64,000 nt of DNA from Azolla caroliniana (taxonomy: Eukaryota > Plantae > Polypodiophyta): positions 10,540,001 through 10,604,000 of the forward strand of contig JBHGNT010000013.1 in NCBI GenBank assembly GCA_043228905.1. Reading direction: 5' to 3'. Every line of letters starts with the position of its first letter. Within the stretch, counting starts at the first letter, position 1. The notes under the pieces were generated by a model that worked only from the letters and a program-made list of their open reading frames with translations, searched no databases and was not told the origin of the DNA. The position numbers and the translations under genes are program-made. Of this stretch, positions 48,901 to 61,489 are shown piece by piece.

Positions 48901-49200
48901 CTATCAGGTACAACTACAACATGTTCATTAAAGATGTTTTGGAACTATGTGGCGTTGGAGAAGGACCCTGAGCAACTAAACTTCATCAAAATAAATATCC
49001 AAGGTATTTGGGATTGTCCCGATCAAGACCAAGAAGTCAGGGTAAAGCACATCAACAAAACAGAGATGTTCCGAATGACATCTCAAGAACCAATGGAGGC
49101 TATAGATGATGAAGCAAGGAACCTCGTAGACCTAGAGGATGTTTCGAAGTCTGAACATGCTAACAAATAAGCTAAGCATACTAAGGATGTGAATGAGGAA
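45912..49200 (+). pseudogene. ParB/Srx-like + beta-class amino DNA methyltransferase, copy 2 (interrupted by a solo LTR)
   Basis: Homologous to copy 1 throughout (VPFLVMVDP, LAWDHNIDNDY, WERKEVKG). LLIVDIPYG (motif IV) precedes NPY*KPERL...DWVLDVFPGT/GTTTTCSLK...VALEKDPEQ. Confidence 0.85.
46217..46842 (-). mobile_element. Solo LTR (short or deleted)
   Basis: Begins TGTGAAAGTGTTTTTAGAATTC on the minus strand. Flanks ATGAC/ATGAT. Removing it restores KRAKLDD/EKIEV. Confidence 0.75.
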
Positions 49201-49428
49201 AATGTTGAGTAGACAACGGATCATGTTGAGCCACCCCTCCCATACCTACTTTTAGATTAGAATGTTAAATTTAGAAACTAAAACTTGTATAACTCTCAAT
49301 TTGACGTAATACATAATCACGAGTTTTTGTTGTATATCTTAGAAGCTATCCTTGTATAACTTGTACAGTTACTTTCAATTTGATGTAATATATAATTTGA
49401 GATTTTGTTGTACGCCTTGGTTAACGTT

Positions 49429-50189
49429 TGTGAAAGTGTTTTTAGAATTCAAGCATTCAAGCTATTGAAGATAAGGTATGGAGCATTCACATTTGGAGGC
49501 TAAGAACACGAACCAAGACCTTAAGAAGAAGTCAAAAGTAAAAGTAAGAGACACAAAGAAAAGTAAAAAGAGAAAAAGCGAGCCACAAAAAATAGTCTAA
49601 AAGGAATGGTCATAACTCTTTCGTTTGTAACCCAAATATCATGTTTTTATATGGGTTAGAAAGCTCGTAAAGAGAGCTTTCTATATAAGGTTTTCAATCT
49701 CTAAATGTAGAGCTTGGATGAGGGAGATATGACGATTAGAAGGTCGTTGTGTCTTAGCTAAAAATAGGAGATAAAAAGCTACTAAAAAAACATGGACGAG
49801 GAGGAAGAAGAAGATTATAAAAAGGGAAGTGATGTCTTAGTAGGAGGGGGAGAGAAGGAGAGGTCTTAGTAGTGGGAAGAAGGAAGCATAGTTGAAGGAA
49901 GAAAGAGATTAAGGTAGAATAGTGAAAGGCATTTGTAGGTTTGAGTGATTAGAAGTAAGAAGTTCTTTGGTTTTTTAGTTCAATTTGGAGTTTATCCCTA
50001 GGGATCGACAACGGCTCGGCTCAAGCCTAAAACGTTTGGCTTAGCGGCTCGGTTTAGGTTTGAACTTGCCTTAACGGTTTGAGCTCGACTTGGTTTGGCT
50101 TGAGCCTCACCAAGCCGGCTCAAGCCGGCTAAGCTGTTTAGAAACTTTAGAGAGAGGGAGGGAGGGAGACAACAGACAAGGGGGGGGGG

Positions 50190-50234
<45 letters not shown>

Positions 50235-50990
50235 TTCCAAGCTGTTTACCAAACTGGTTTAGCCTAAACCGGTTCGGTTCAGGTTTGAGATCCCCAAAAC
50301 GGTTTAGGCTTGGATGACGCCAAACCAGCTATGCCTAAACCGAACCATTGTCGATCCCTATTTATCCCCTTTGTATTGATTTAATAGAGGAATATTATAA
50401 CATTCTTATCTCTTTCTCACATTCTCTACGTTTTCTCTTAATTTATTGAGACTCTCTCTATCTCTCTAATTCATAGTTATCTTGGTATATATAATCTATT
50501 ATAATTCACAACTCCATCTAATCGGTTTGATCAAGACCTAATATTGTGTGCGACTATCTTCTGTCTCATATAATCTATCAATGTTCAGTTAAAGTATTAT
50601 ATGCATGTGTATATGTCTAAACTTCTAGCTTATAATTTGGATTATTATTTGTATAATTTGAACATATATAGTTTATGTATTGTATGGGTTGATACATGTT
50701 CATGTTGACCTGTAATTGTTGGTACATGTTCTTGTTGATTAGTTAATTAACGCATTGACGGTGCTAACGAATCAAGTTTCATTTGAAAGTTTCTGTCAAC
50801 ATAGTAGAAACTAATAATTATAACCTCCAGATCTTCCTTTAAGATGTATTGCATGTAACTACGTAGAAAAATAGCAGAAGAGAATCATTTTGGAGGGTTT
50901 GATATTTATCTTATACACAAATTCCTCATTGATTTAGTACTCATTCATTTAAACGTAATATTGGAATGTTATTATATACTGATTTCATCA
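49429..50990 (+). mobile_element. Solo LTR of the same family, opposite orientation
   Basis: TGTGAAAGTGTTTTTAGAATTC...TTTCATCA with flanks ACGTT/ACATT. The first ~370 bp match 46500-46842 in reverse complement. Confidence 0.75.
49999..50360. mobile_element. hAT-type MITE
   Basis: TIR TAGGGATCGACAA, perfect 8-bp TSD TTTATCCC, internal (GA)n. Confidence 0.93.
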
Positions 50991-51429
50991 ACATTTACGG
51001 TGTCACGTGCATGTGTCTCTGGATTATTTCTCTTCTACACAATAGGAACTCTTATATGCAATCTCCTCAAGTTTGTGAAAGATAAATTACATGTAAATAT
51101 AAATAAAAGATAAGTAGAAGACAATTCTTAGAGGGGGTATGATTTATGTATAGTGCACAATGACATACATTTCGATTGTTCTAGTTTGAACTTTATACCT
51201 TGTATAGGATTTGAGTAAAATATACGACCTATAATTTTTCAGTCTATTTATTTTATGGTTGTGATTTTATTTACTTCCAAATTTTGGTAACTTTTTGGAA
51301 AGCATGTGCGCATGCATTGTGTCTATTAGTGTCAGAAGCTAAAATATGGCATTTTTTAACATCTCCCCAAGATATGAAAATGAGAATGCGACATATTACA
51401 TGTTTTTATTGACCCGGTGTTAACAACTT

Positions 51430-53778
51430 GTATCCATTAATGGCGATCAATGTAGAGGGCACAGTGAACGTAGACGAATCAACCGACTCAAGCCTATGGC
51501 GTGGCTGACTCGGCCATATGTCTCAAGTTGGACTGGACCGACTAATGGCGGTTGGCTACATCCCGAAGCTCCAGTCGAAGAAGAACTTCTACAAGCATTG
51601 TCGTTACGGGAAACGGACCTGAGGTCCACACTCTCTACACTACGAGACGGTATGACAACCCCTAAAGCTCGTGCACACAGACATTCGGTACTTCATCCCA
51701 TTTGTTGATGATTGTACAGGAAAGGTGTGGACTACTCAATTAGGTCAAGAGACGAAGCGCTCGAGGTCTTCTCTCGGTGGCTAACCGAAGTGGAAAATCG
51801 ATCAGGACACCGAGTGAAGACACTCCGGTCAGTCAATAGAGGGGAATACACCTCATGAGCCTTCAAACAATACATGTTCGAAAAAGGGATCCGACACAAG
51901 AAGACTGTTCCATATACTCTCGTGCAAAACAACATGGTGGAACATATCAACCGAATGATCCAGGAGAGGGTGATGGCAATGCTCCAACATTCCGAACTAA
52001 AGCTGGAATTCTGGGCTGAAGCATTGCAGACGACAATATATCTAATAAATTTGTCACTGTCAAGAGCAATCCAGCTCGAAGTGCCACATGCACTATGGTC
52101 TGACAAAACAATCGACCTACAACAGGCTCCGTATATTCGAATGTGAAGCTTATGTCTTCATCCCCAGGGAGAAAGGACCAAGTTGGCACCCCATGTACTT
52201 AGTGTATATTTCTCAGTTATGGAACCAACGGGGATTTTCTTTATCGACTATGGGATCTAGAGAACCGGAAATTTATCCGGAGTAGTCACATAGTCTTCAA
52301 TGAAGACTTGGTTCTATCTGAATGAAACCAACCAAGAAGGGTCGACAAAAAGGTCTCTTTCGACATCGACAAAAATGTATTAGAAGGACTGACCCACAGG
52401 GCCGATTCGAAGATTCAACAAACAGTTGAAATTTAGCGAGCCAGCAACCCCCCAGTTGAATCTGAATTGGCAAGAGGTTCACTAGTCAAAATTGATTCAA
52501 GTAGAAGATTGACAAGAGTTGAAAAGGACAGAACTGAATTGATCAACTCGCCAAAACATGCTAAGGTATCAAAAAACCGAACCGAACTGACCAAGGCACC
52601 AACCTCTCCGTCTGTCAATTCCGAAGAAAAGGAGAATGATTCGACATCGTTGAAATCCTATTGCAAGGGCAAATAATCCCAAAGGACTCATGACGGCAAA
52701 GGTTCAAATAATGCCTATAAGCTAACTGAGCTAATCAAAGGATTCAAACCAACCAAGTCGGCACCCAGGAGATCTGGATGAGTTTGAAGGCTAACAGAGT
52801 TCTATCAACCGGGTCTCAACTATGTCAACTACACAAATGTAGGCGAACAAAGCTCTCCTGAAGAAGCTATAATCGTGCCAGATGCCGACACATGGCTACA
52901 AGCCATTAAATCCAAGATGGATGCGATTCATCAAAATCAAACATGGGAGTTGTTCGAATTACCAACTAGACGGAAGTTGTTGCCCTACAAATGGGTCTTC
53001 AGATACAAATATGTATTTGATTCAAAGAAGCCCAAACACAAAACTCGGTTCATCGCAAAGGGATTCAAACAAGAACATGGGGTCAACTACAATGGGATTC
53101 AAACAAGATGACCACCCTTCGACTCCTACTTGGGGTCGTAGCGACTAAAATCCTAGAGCTCGAGCAATTGGATGTCAAGACGGTATTCCTACATGGAGAC
53201 TTGGAAGAAGGCATCTATATGTCTCAACTGGCAAGCTTCACAACGATGGGGGAGGAAGGTCACATCAAATGTGGACTGAAGAAAAGCCTTTATGGCTTAA
53301 AACAAACACCTAGGATGTGGTATCAGAAATTCGATACCTACATTCGGCATCTTGGCTACCCGGTCCAACTCCGAGCCATGTATGTATATTCAACAATTGG
53401 TCGACGAGTCCCGGATGTATCTAATCCTATACGTCGATAAGATACTCATTACATGGAGCAATCGAGCAGTGATCGGAGAACTAAAGTAGAGCTTTCACGA
53501 CAAATTTGCGATGAAGAACTCGGACAAGCCCGACACATACTGGGCATGAGGATCGAGCAAAATCAGACGACAAAGACCCTTTGACTCTCCCAGTCCGACT
53601 ACATTTGTAAGGCTATACCGACTCCGACTATGTCGGAAATACGGATAATCAGAAGTAGACATCTAGCTATCTTTTCACCGATGGTGGCGACAGCATATCA
53701 TGGAGATCAAAGCTTCAAGAGTGCATGACCTTGTCTACCATAGAGGTTGAGTACATAATAGCATCAAAGGCAACAAAG
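51430..53778 (+). mobile_element. Heavily decayed Ty1/copia internal region (INT, RT, start of RNase H)
   Basis: INRMIQERVMAML...FWAEAL, YKWVFRYK, QLDVKTVFLHGDL, LKKSLYGLKQ. Confidence 0.88.
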
Positions 53779-54123
53779 TGTCATGAACATATACAAAAAC
53801 TTCAAGACTCGATAGAGATTTGAAGCCATGATCTCCTCAAAGGTGATGTAAATTGTATCATTAAATACCACTAGGATACATTATATCATATTTATTAAAT
53901 TGTAAATTCTTATATTAGAAAAAACATATATAATAGTATGAAACGTCGCCACCGCATAGGCTAACGCATGATTACCAAGGGTCATGCTTGCATGAATGCC
54001 AAGTGGCATGCTTGCATGAATGAAAAATGGCGGGCAGGTGTGCCTATGAGGTGGTAAGCATGCTCTTGTAACCCTTGTTCTCATTGCCAATACATTTTCA
54101 ACATCTTATTTCTCTCTCATTCC

Positions 54124-55691
54124 AATACGTACTTCTTATTTATCTTCTAGTCTGCATAGTTCTGAGAGTTTAGAACTATCATACCTGGGAAATCGCTCAC
54201 ACCTCCTTCCATGCTTGCACCTCAAGCTCTGATACCAGTTTGATGAGAAATTGTTGCGGAATATAAATCACAATGAAGAAACTACGCACTAAAATATGAA
54301 TCACACAAAATGCCAGAAAGACTAAATGAGAAGCAATGTCCGAAAGGGCAAAAGGAAAAGGCTGAGATGAGGAAGGTACCATATGCCTCAACCGTCGGCA
54401 GTCTAATGTATGCAATCGTCTGTACAAGACCAGACATAGCATTTGTTGTGCGAGCAGTAAGCCGATATATGAGTAATCCAGGGAGAGAACACTAGGCAAC
54501 GATGAAGTGGATACTTAGGTACTTGAAAGGCACCTCGAAGGGGTGCCTAAGGTATGGTGTCGAAAAACCTATGTTGGAAGGTTTTACCGATTCGGACATG
54601 TTAGGAGATGTCGACTCGAGCCAATCCACGTCAGGGTACGTGATGACCTATACAAGGGGAGCAGTGTCGTGGCAGTCACAATTGCAGAAGTCTGTAGCCT
54701 TGTCGACTATAGAGGCAGAGTATATGGCAACGGTAGAAGCCGGAAAAGAGTTGATCTGGATGAGAAATTTTCTCACCGAACTAGGCATGGAGCAAAAGGA
54801 GTTCTTGTTTCACTGTGATAGTCAAAGCACCATACACCTAGCCAAGAACGCGGCATACCACTCCCGGACCAAGCACATATAGAGGAGGTATCACTGGTTG
54901 CGGGAGAGAGTCGAAGAAGGAGAGTTTTCCCTTGTGAAGATCCATATCGATGACAATGGATCCAACATGCTGACGAAGAACCTACCTTTGGACAGACTCA
55001 AAGTCTGTCGACAAAATATAGGACTGACAGATTTCCTCCCACAAGAGTGAAGGGGGAGTTTGTTGGGAATATGTCCCGCCAGTGGGAGGAAGAACCGACT
55101 GTTCGGAAAGCCGACAGTCGAAGAGTCGAAAACAATGAGTCGACTGTTTGAAGATTCGACTATTATTATTATAGTAATAATGATGATGATGATGTTAGGA
55201 AACAGGTCTCTTCGGATGGGGAGAGAGGGCAACCGAGTTAATGAGGGACTCGGGAGACTATAATCGTGTATATAGCCAACTCGGGAGACTATAATTGTAA
55301 ATAGTCTTAAGAGTGCGCCCCATGAGGGCTACGTATGTAAATAGCCAGAAATGTTGTGTAAGTATATATGCAACTAGGGCAAACTTTAACCGTGTGGAAC
55401 AAAGTGTAAGAATAGAAGTTGTAGCACGTGAGAGAGAGTAGCGTGAGCCGCACCGTAGCTGTGTGAGTAACAGTAGACGCGAAGAGCCCTATGTGGCCGA
55501 TACACTCGACAGAGTGTTGTAATCATCGCTGGTGTATATCCACTATTTGTATAGTGAAGTTCTGTTCCCGTGGTTTTCCCCTTTTTAGGGTTTCCACGTA
55601 ATCTCTATGTACATCTGTTTATCTTTTGTGATTTGTGTTTCAGCACATAGTTTCTTCATTGTGATTTATATTCCGCAACGATTTCTCATCA
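54124..55691 (+). mobile_element. Rearranged copia fragment: inverted PBS/U5 piece + RT-RNase H end + 3' LTR (55061-55691)
   Basis: GCTCTGATACCA at 54226-54237. YASTVGSLMYA, ALSTIEAEY, HSRTKHI. PPT before 55061. LTR is related to those of elements A/B. Confidence 0.85.
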
Positions 55692-55914
55692 CTTGTAACC
55701 CTTGTTCTCATTGCCAATACATTTTCAACATCTTATTTCTCTCTCATTCCTCTCTCATTTTCTACTTCTCATTTTTTTCTTCATTTTAAACTTGTCTTTG
55801 GCTATGGCCCTAACACAAAGGAAGCCATCTGGCTGCACCAACCGTCAGCCGACTTCTCGACGACAAGGTGAATCAACCATCCACTGCCGACCATCTATTG
55901 CAACTCTTAGAACG

Positions 55915-56866
55915 CAATACACCTCATCCAAAATCTAGGCTATCATGCAAAAAGGAAACACATTGAGGTGCGGTTTCATCATATCCGGGAGCTCATAACA
56001 TAGAAGAAGCTCAAAGTTCGAAAGATCGACACCGAGGTGAACATTGCCTATTGCCTAACGTAATCAATCCGAGAACAATGATTCAGAGCACTAAGGAACA
56101 TGATGGGACTACGACTAGTGACCGAGCAAAAAAAAGGCAAACGAGCAACAGTAGAAGGAAAGTTGAAGACCGACCCGATCGGACGAGCTGAAACGGCAAA
56201 GTTCAAAGAATGGGATTACCGAGAGGCTAAAGATGCATCACTGAGCGAGGACACCGAGTGGACAAGAGACGATTGAGGGACGAACGAAAACATCAAGAGA
56301 GATCGAGGATCCAGCGAGGAGCACAGACGCAAGCACGAGCGGGAAGCAAACGATTGGCTAGAGGCCGAGAGTCGGAATCAGACACGAGCCGATCCGAACG
56401 AACAAGCTGATTCAGACAAAAATCGATCCAAACCAGTCCATCCAACCGACTCAAACAAGCCGACCCAGAAAATATACGATCCGAATAACTAGCTGAATTA
56501 GGCTACAGTCTGACTTTACCTCTACAGATTCGGCTAAACACTGATTATCTAGTATGTCTACGTTTACAAGGGAGATAACCCCAATCAGTAGTACATGTAG
56601 GAAGAATAATCCTTTTATGGGGGAGTTTGTTGGGCTAAAAGTCCCACTCTTCCCACTTGTATCCTAGTGTGAACACGTCCTCATAGTTAGGGCTAAGTTA
56701 CCCTAACTATATAAGTGAAAGACTAAGCATTGTAAAAAGTGTCAGTTCGGAGGTTAATGCAATATAGTCTTCTTTTGAGCACATAGTCATTTCTCATTCT
56801 CTGCATAATCATCTTGGCTATCTGCTACTCTTCTTGTTTGTTTGACAAACCAATAGGTCCTCAACT
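55915..56866 (+). mobile_element. Copia 3' remnant: RNase H end, 3' UTR, PPT and LTR from 56628
   Basis: YHAKRKHIEVRFHHIREL, then ATGGGGGAGTT followed by TGTTGGGC. Right boundary is approximate. Confidence 0.7.
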
Positions 56867-56924
56867 TCCACATCATCAACTTCTTATTCAACAGAGAATA
56901 CATTTTCAAATTAGTTTTTTTTTG

Positions 56925-57385
56925 TTAGGGGGAGGGGGGAGGGGATTCCAAAGGGTTTAGGGAATTGAAGGGTGGCGAAGGGGGGGTCGAAAGGTGCAGG
57001 GAGTCAAAGGATGTGGAGAGTCGAAGGGACGTGGAACTCAAAAGGTGGAGGGAGTCAAAGGGTGGGGAGAGTTGAAAGGAAGTGGGAGTTGAAAGTTGGG
57101 GGGAATAGAAAGTATGGAAGGGGGAATCCAAAAGGGGAGAGGGTCAAAAGGTGTGGAAGGGGGAGTTGAAAGATGGGGAGAGTTGAAGAAAAGTGGGATT
57201 CAAACGGTGGTGGGAGTAAAATGGTGGGAGGAGTCGAAGGGAAGGGGGAGTCAAAACGACAAGTGCTTTAAAACTGAGTTAGAAGGGGATGGGGAAGGGA
57301 CTTGGTGTACGTTGGCGAGGAGTGCAAGTATGAGGTGGGGTTTGAGGTGGGGTTGGGGTTTGAGGTGGCTTGTGACAACGATGAG
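56925..57385 (+). repeat. G/A-rich low-complexity tract
   Basis: Degenerate GGGAGTCGAAAGGTG-like units with many G runs. Confidence 0.7.
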
Positions 57386-58484
57386 ATAGGTATCCAACAT
57401 TGGTGAGGGTATGGTTTTCTACAAGGATCGAGGAGTGTTGGGTGGGTGGAATTACTTGTCCCATTGTGTTAGGTTGTGGATGTCTTTGTGATGTACAGGC
57501 TGAGAGGGTGAGGGGTTGTGTTTGGAGGGAAGGTTTTGACTTTTCTTGGGTCTCCAAGGGTGGGTTTGATTGGGGGATCGTGAAACTTGAGTTGAGTTTG
57601 GTGTGCATCGTTGTGTTCATACGATCTTTGCATAGGTTGGTAGGTGTATGGAAATAGATGGCACTTTTACTATGAGAAATTAGGCATTGGGTTGCATGGA
57701 ACTAATCTTATCCTAAAAGACATTATGTTGTCGTGATGTGGCATGGCAAAAGGTAGAAAGTGGAAAAAGAGAAGGCCCAGGGAAGAACCGCTCCAATAGA
57801 GAATAAGGTAGTGGTTGCTCTAATTTTTCAACCCAATGCCAACCATAATATTTATTCTCAATAAGGTGGCATGAATGCCTGTAGTGCTTTTCACTCGTTC
57901 ATTACTTAAAACTAGTACCTTGTCCGGGGGGGTTCATACTGCTTAATAAATGATAATGATAATACACATCAACGGAATTAGTGAAGAAATACGTTAAACT
58001 TAAAGACATATGAAGGTTTGAAGGATAGGGCAAAGGTATGACAAGAAAGATAAGAAACAAGATGAAGTTATAGATGACAAACAGTCTTAGTGCAATTTTC
58101 AAGATCTTACACTATGAATGAAAGGTCAGGGATTACAATCCTATCTAAACTATGAGAGATCAAGCAAATTTCAAGGGGATGAATGAGAGGGGTGTGAATG
58201 GATGGATATGGAGATCAACATTTTTCTTGTGACAAGCACTCGAAGAAGGTAAGTGAAAGTGCATACTAAAAAGAGAGTGACTATTTTTATTTGCATGAAC
58301 AACTCTAGAGGCCTATAAAAGGGAAAGGAGAGCTCATTGTAAGGTGGGAATTTTGGATCAAGGTGGAACCATTGCTGAAATTCCAAATGGGTGTGAAGTA
58401 GCAAATTAAGAGGGTGTTCAAATTCACCAGTGACAAGAGGGAATGACGCCATCTTGTTGGTCCTCTGCACCAAAATTTGAGCAT

Positions 58485-59555
58485 AACACAATCTTGTTTA
58501 GAAGTGGAAGGATCGCGCACAAATGGAAGGATAAGGAATATTCCATCTGATTTTGGGACTTTTTGGCCATTTCACAAAACACCTTGACACTAGGATCACG
58601 TGTTCTCGAAAACTTGATGAAAAAGCTGAAAATTTCACCATTTGGTTTAATTGAAAAATGCCAAATTTTGGCCAAATACGAAAAGTAACTTTATGCATTT
58701 TTTAAGGAAAAATGACAACTAATAATTTTTTAGATATTAAAGAAATCAGAAGCAAAAGATCTCAAAACAATCAACTTCTTTTTATATCATTCGACAAAAT
58801 GTTGTCTAAATCTATTACATTTCATTGCACAAAATATACATTCATGAGTTATTTGCATCATTGTGATCACTCCTTTTATGAGAGTCACTACTATAGCTAA
58901 TATACAATTATAACTCTTTCTCCTCATTTTCAAATGTACCAATCAAAGTATTGTTTTCATCTAAAACCAAATGGTGTCTCCAAATTATGTGCATTAAATC
59001 TTGTTCGCCTTCAATCTAAGACACCTTCTAGACTTGGTACTTTTTCTTTAATTATGTCTATCGTTGACTTCCTTAAATGTCCAAGTTTTGTTAATGTAAA
59101 GACAGACACAATGATATACACCCGAGTTCTGCTCGTTTTATCATCCTTGGTTCCACACAAATGTTTCTATGTTGTGGATGGACCAAACTATCAAGATCAA
59201 CATTAGCTGCTTGAAGTGGTGATTGAGAACCATGAGAATATTGTATAGACCATGTAAACGGCATTTGCAAGGTCCAGTTACCATTGACACAATTATTTTA
59301 TAAACAGAGATTTCAATACAATTCGATACAATGTAACAATTTTTTCAAGTTATTTTTTTCGAGAAAAGAAATACTTTAAACATGAACTCGGTACATTGTA
59401 TCGAATTGTGATGAAAAACATGTATTTTTCATCAACAAAAAAACTTTAAACATGAACTCATTACATTGTATAGAATTGATGTTAAAAATAAGAGTTTTCC
59501 CTTTTTACATCACAATTCAATACAATGTAACGAGTTCATGTTTAAAGTTTTGTAA
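58485..59555 (-). mobile_element. Deleted relative of the Sola1-like element (3' terminus, transposase tail, palindrome array)
   Basis: 58502-58548 matches the reverse complement of 45847-45891. 58860-59290 matches the transposase 3' end. CATGAACTCGGTACATTGTATCGAATTGTG-type palindromes at 59306-59550. Confidence 0.8.
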
Positions 59556-61489
59556 AACACATCTCCCTCGTCATGTGCATGTGACACTTTATAAAGAATA
59601 ACATTATTGTCCAAAACAACTAGATAAATTGTATATTTTGACAAATAATTTCTAATTTTGTAATGAATTTCTATTTTTTCCCAATATTTTTCTTCGGAAA
59701 ATCACTTTCTCGTGATGTTTTTACTACACTATTTAGTGTTTGTTTCGCATATTATTTAACAAAAAATCATGAATTTTTGGCATATTTCGTATCTACTAGT
59801 CCCTTTTTCGCATTTAGAGCCCTTTTCTAGAGTTAATCTGTCTTTAAACATATAAGTTGTTAGATATTACTTGTTGGCTCATATAATTGAGTTTCTCTGT
59901 ATTTTTCGATCTTGCCCTGACAAGGTCAACTGAAACTTAGGATGAGCATACAGTCAAGAAAATACATTTGAAATATCAAGGCTCACCTTTAGAATGTACT
60001 CAACGTGACGAAGCCATGTATAGTCAGATAGCAAAGAAATATTATTTAGCGATGTTATATACCGAGACAGTGATAGTAAGAAACCAAGAGAAGTTAAAGA
60101 TATTCATGATTTTCCTACATCATTTCTTGCACATCTTGAAAGAGCACGGAAAGAAAAGGACTGACATTTAGTGAAGGCAGATGGTGTAGAAGATGATGGC
60201 ACTTTTAAGAAATTTAGCCACAAAAAGGATATCACCAGGATTTATATTATAATGTCTATTGTGGTGATGTGGTTGCGATGATACTATCATATTGCCAACG
60301 AAAGAATACATATTATTGATTGCTGACATAGTATATGGTTGGATCAACATACGATGTTGAATCATCTCTATCTTCTTATCTATCTATAGTTCAAACTACT
60401 CCATGTAACAAAGTGGTCTCTAATTGTTGTATCTTCTAAATTTATGAACTAGTATGATTTCTGATTTTGGTATCTAGATTCAATTGTTTCTTGTAAATCT
60501 TATGCCTAAAATTAATCATGGTCAAATGAGGAACACATAGGAATTCTTGTCTTGGAAATCAAACATGGGGTGCGAAGTTATGTGATTTTGGGGCTTAATT
60601 TATGAAAGACAAACTTTGAATTTCCACACCAAAAACCTCACATGCCAATACGAAGATCTCGCCTTGAGGGTTATGATGGAATATCCAATTGTCGATTCTT
60701 GACCAAGCGAAAAGTTATGAGGACATATATGATACTTCAGATGGTGGGAGTCAAACCCACTACGTAAACTAAAGATGATGTCTCGTCTGCTAGACGATGC
60801 TCGATGGAGGATTGTTTTAGAAATTCTTGAAAACATGAAACCTTGAGTCTAGCATTAGATTCCAGATATATTTGCAAATTCTTGGAAATTTGAACCCTTG
60901 ATTCTAGAATATGGTATAGATTTATAATTTTCCAGAAAAGGGAGCCTTGGGCTCTAGGCAACCCCTCAATCAAAGGCTCCCCTTTGACCAAGCCTATGGT
61001 TCATTGTAAATCAAAGATTCAACTTTCAATTCAGATTGATTGAAGGACAACCTTGGAATCGAGAGTTGAACCCTCAATTCCAAGCTTGGCTACCTACCAT
61101 TGTCGTCAACCCACATCTATTGCCGCTCCCCACCATCACCCGCCATCTATTGTCGTTACCTACCGATAATTGTCGTCGTCTTCATCACCTCACCATTGTT
61201 GTCAATGTTATTGCAACTCTCATTGTCATTACACTGATGGATCGACTTGCTTCCTTGACCATCAACTCCAACACGTTATGTCTCCTATTGCCATCTATTG
61301 GTGATGTTTGTTGATGTCTCTCAACCTCAATTGCCACGTTACCATCTACTTTCCACGTCATCCTTTCACACCTTTCCTTTTATCCCTTCACATAATTAAA
61401 CTAAAACAAATAAAAGAATTTCCTACCCTCAACAGAAGGAAGGAAAAGGGGAAGTTACCTTCCCCAAATACGCTTTATTTTACCAATAA

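Noticed and set aside
46217-50990. Long TIRs of a composite element enclosing the MTase core
   Set aside because: Each repeat has TG...CA ends and its own 5-bp flanking duplication, and the left one interrupts the gene. They are two independent solo LTRs.
60340-60362. Second terminus of the 58.5-kb Sola-like remnant
   Set aside because: Only weak similarity (AACATACGATGTT) and the flank GAAT does not match GCAT.
60938-60981. Hairpin GGGAGCCTTG...CAAAGGCTCCC as a Helitron end or terminator
   Set aside because: No clear CTRR end at the expected distance and no supporting element structure.
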